From NCBI GenBank assembly GCA_039591655.1, contig JBDHDE010000003.1, forward strand, positions 15,093 to 79,092: a DNA stretch of 64,000 nucleotides, read 5' to 3'. The position numbers and the translations under genes are program-made. The notes below the pieces were generated by a model, which saw only the letters and a program-made list of their open reading frames with translations, did no database searches and was not told the DNA's origin. Positions 62,525 through 64,000 of the stretch are shown piece by piece. The DNA comes from Gemmatimonadota bacterium. Its GTDB lineage: Bacteria > Gemmatimonadota > Gemmatimonadetes > Gemmatimonadales > GWC2-71-9. Numbering within the stretch: position 1 is the stretch's first letter; each line of letters starts with the position of its first letter.

Positions 62525-63973
62525 ATGACGTCCGCGAAGATCCTCGTCGCCGACGACGACCAGACGCTCCTCGAGGCCCTCACCATGATCCTCCGGGACA
62601 AGGGATACGAGGTCGTCCCGGTCTCAGATGGTCAGGAGATCCCGCAACTCCTCGAGGAGGAGTGTCCGGACCTCCTGATGCTCGACATCATGATGCCCAA
62701 GGTGGACGGTCTCCAGCTCCTGCAGCAGGTCAAGGCGGACGAGCGCTGGCAGGATCTCCCCGTGCTGATGATCTCGTCCATGGCCCCCGAAGAGGCCACG
62801 GTGAAGTCCTTGGGCCTGGGGGCTTCGGACTTCATCGCTAAGCCGTTTCGGGTCAAGGAGCTCACGGCTCGGGTGGAGGCTCAGTTGCGGCAGGGCAAGG
62901 TGCTGCAGGACGCTCGGGACGAAGCCCAGCAGCGGGCCGACGAGGCGGCCATCCGGGCGGAGATGGTGGACATCCTGCACGAGGTCACCGACGCGCTGGC
63001 GCCCGAGGAGATCTATCACGTTCTGACGCGCCGCGTCGCCAACGTGCTCAACGTCTCCCGGTGCTCCCTGGTGCTTGCCAAGCTCGGCGACAGAGTGGGC
63101 CGGGTGGTGGTCGCCGCCGAGACCCCTATGGTGCGGAACTTGGAAATCGTGCTGGCGCGGTATCCGGAGGTGCGCAAAGCTCTCAAGACCAATCGGCCCG
63201 TCCTGGTGACGGACATACATACCGATCCGCTGTATGAAGAAGTGCGCCAGGAGTGGGCGCGAGAGGGCCTGAAGGTGGCCACCCGCAGCGTCATCGCAGT
63301 GCCCTTCGGACTGCGCGAGGAGCAGTCGGGAGTGTTCTTCCTGCGGAACATGGGCGACGCGCCGGCCCTGACGCGGCAGGACGTGGAGTTCGCCGAGAGC
63401 GTGGTGCGCACCGCGGTGGGCGCCATCGAGAAGGCCTACGCACTGCAGACCGCGCAGTCGGACAAGGAGCGCTACCAGCGGCTCGCCATCACGGACCCGC
63501 TCACGGGCTGCCTCAACCGCCGGGCTCTGATGGAGAAGCTCGATGAGGAGCTCGACCGCATGCGCCGCTACGACTTGGCGCTCAGTGTCCTGATGATAGA
63601 TTTAGACCGCTTCAAGCAGGTCAACGACACACGCGGCCACATCGTGGGCGATCGGGTGCTGCAACAGGTGGGAAAGATGCTGCGCCTCGAGGTGCGCTCT
63701 GTGGACGTGGTGGCCCGGTACGGCGGGGAGGAGTTCGTGATCGTCTTGCCGGAGACGGCGCTCGAGGGCGCGACGACCTTCGCAGAGCGGATTCGTGAGC
63801 GGATTGCCGACCACAACTTCGCCGACGCCAGCGAGCCGCTGATGACAACCGTCTCCATCGGCGTGGCCAGTATTTCACCGGACAATCTGGTTGGTCCAGA
63901 CTCCGTCATCGCCATGGCTGACGAGGCCCTCTACCGCGCGAAGCACGACGGACGCAACTTAGTGCGTGCATGA
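62525..63973 (+). CDS. Diguanylate cyclase (REC-GAF-GGDEF)
   Basis: Receiver ADDD/LDIMMP/KPF, central GAF-like region, TDPLTG..NRR, DLDRFKQVND, RSVD I-site, RYGGEEF. Confidence 0.95.
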   Translation: MTSAKILVADDDQTLLEALTMILRDKGYEVVPVSDGQEIPQLLEEECPDLLMLDIMMPKVDGLQLLQQVKADERWQDLPVLMISSMAPEEATVKSLGLGASDFIAKPFRVKELTARVEAQLRQGKVLQDARDEAQQRADEAAIRAEMVDILHEVTDALAPEEIYHVLTRRVANVLNVSRCSLVLAKLGDRVGRVVVAAETPMVRNLEIVLARYPEVRKALKTNRPVLVTDIHTDPLYEEVRQEWAREGLKVATRSVIAVPFGLREEQSGVFFLRNMGDAPALTRQDVEFAESVVRTAVGAIEKAYALQTAQSDKERYQRLAITDPLTGCLNRRALMEKLDEELDRMRRYDLALSVLMIDLDRFKQVNDTRGHIVGDRVLQQVGKMLRLEVRSVDVVARYGGEEFVIVLPETALEGATTFAERIRERIADHNFADASEPLMTTVSIGVASISPDNLVGPDSVIAMADEALYRAKHDGRNLVRA

Positions 63974-64000
63974 GCCGACGCTGCCCGAAGTGTAAGACCG

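Overview
High-GC bacterial chromosomal window, densely coding. Gene style and content suggest Gemmatimonadota, which is inference only. I found no rRNA, tRNA, CRISPR or mobile element. 1-16 kb is a respiratory/metal island: a clade II nosZ missed by the ORF track and running off the left edge, a divergent Fe-S Rrf2 regulator with a candidate operator, two monoheme cytochromes c, a Cyc2-like cytochrome-porin, an OmpR-type regulator flanked by two kinases (one with a DosS-like GAF), tandem ZIP transporters, a ba3-type oxidase, CBS/USP genes and an orphan multi-hairpin candidate sRNA. The middle holds a hybrid kinase, a periplasmic thiol-redox trio, a degenerate EF-G paralog, and a coupled ATP-grasp + ATP-grasp + GNAT + lysine-2,3-aminomutase operon. 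It also holds thyA-folA (folA apparently CTG-initiated), a GGR-squalene synthase pair, and a selenocysteine-containing SelD with a visible SECIS hairpin. The right end has amidohydrolases, a GH15, a histone-H1-like protein, an Ig/TolB-repeat protein, a stand-alone gyrA, a Ser/Thr dehydratase and a diguanylate cyclase. Best candidates for an undescribed system are the Cyc2-cytochrome c-NosZ module, the KamA/double ATP-grasp/GNAT operon and the ~245-nt orphan structured RNA. All calls come from reading motifs by eye; no database search was run.
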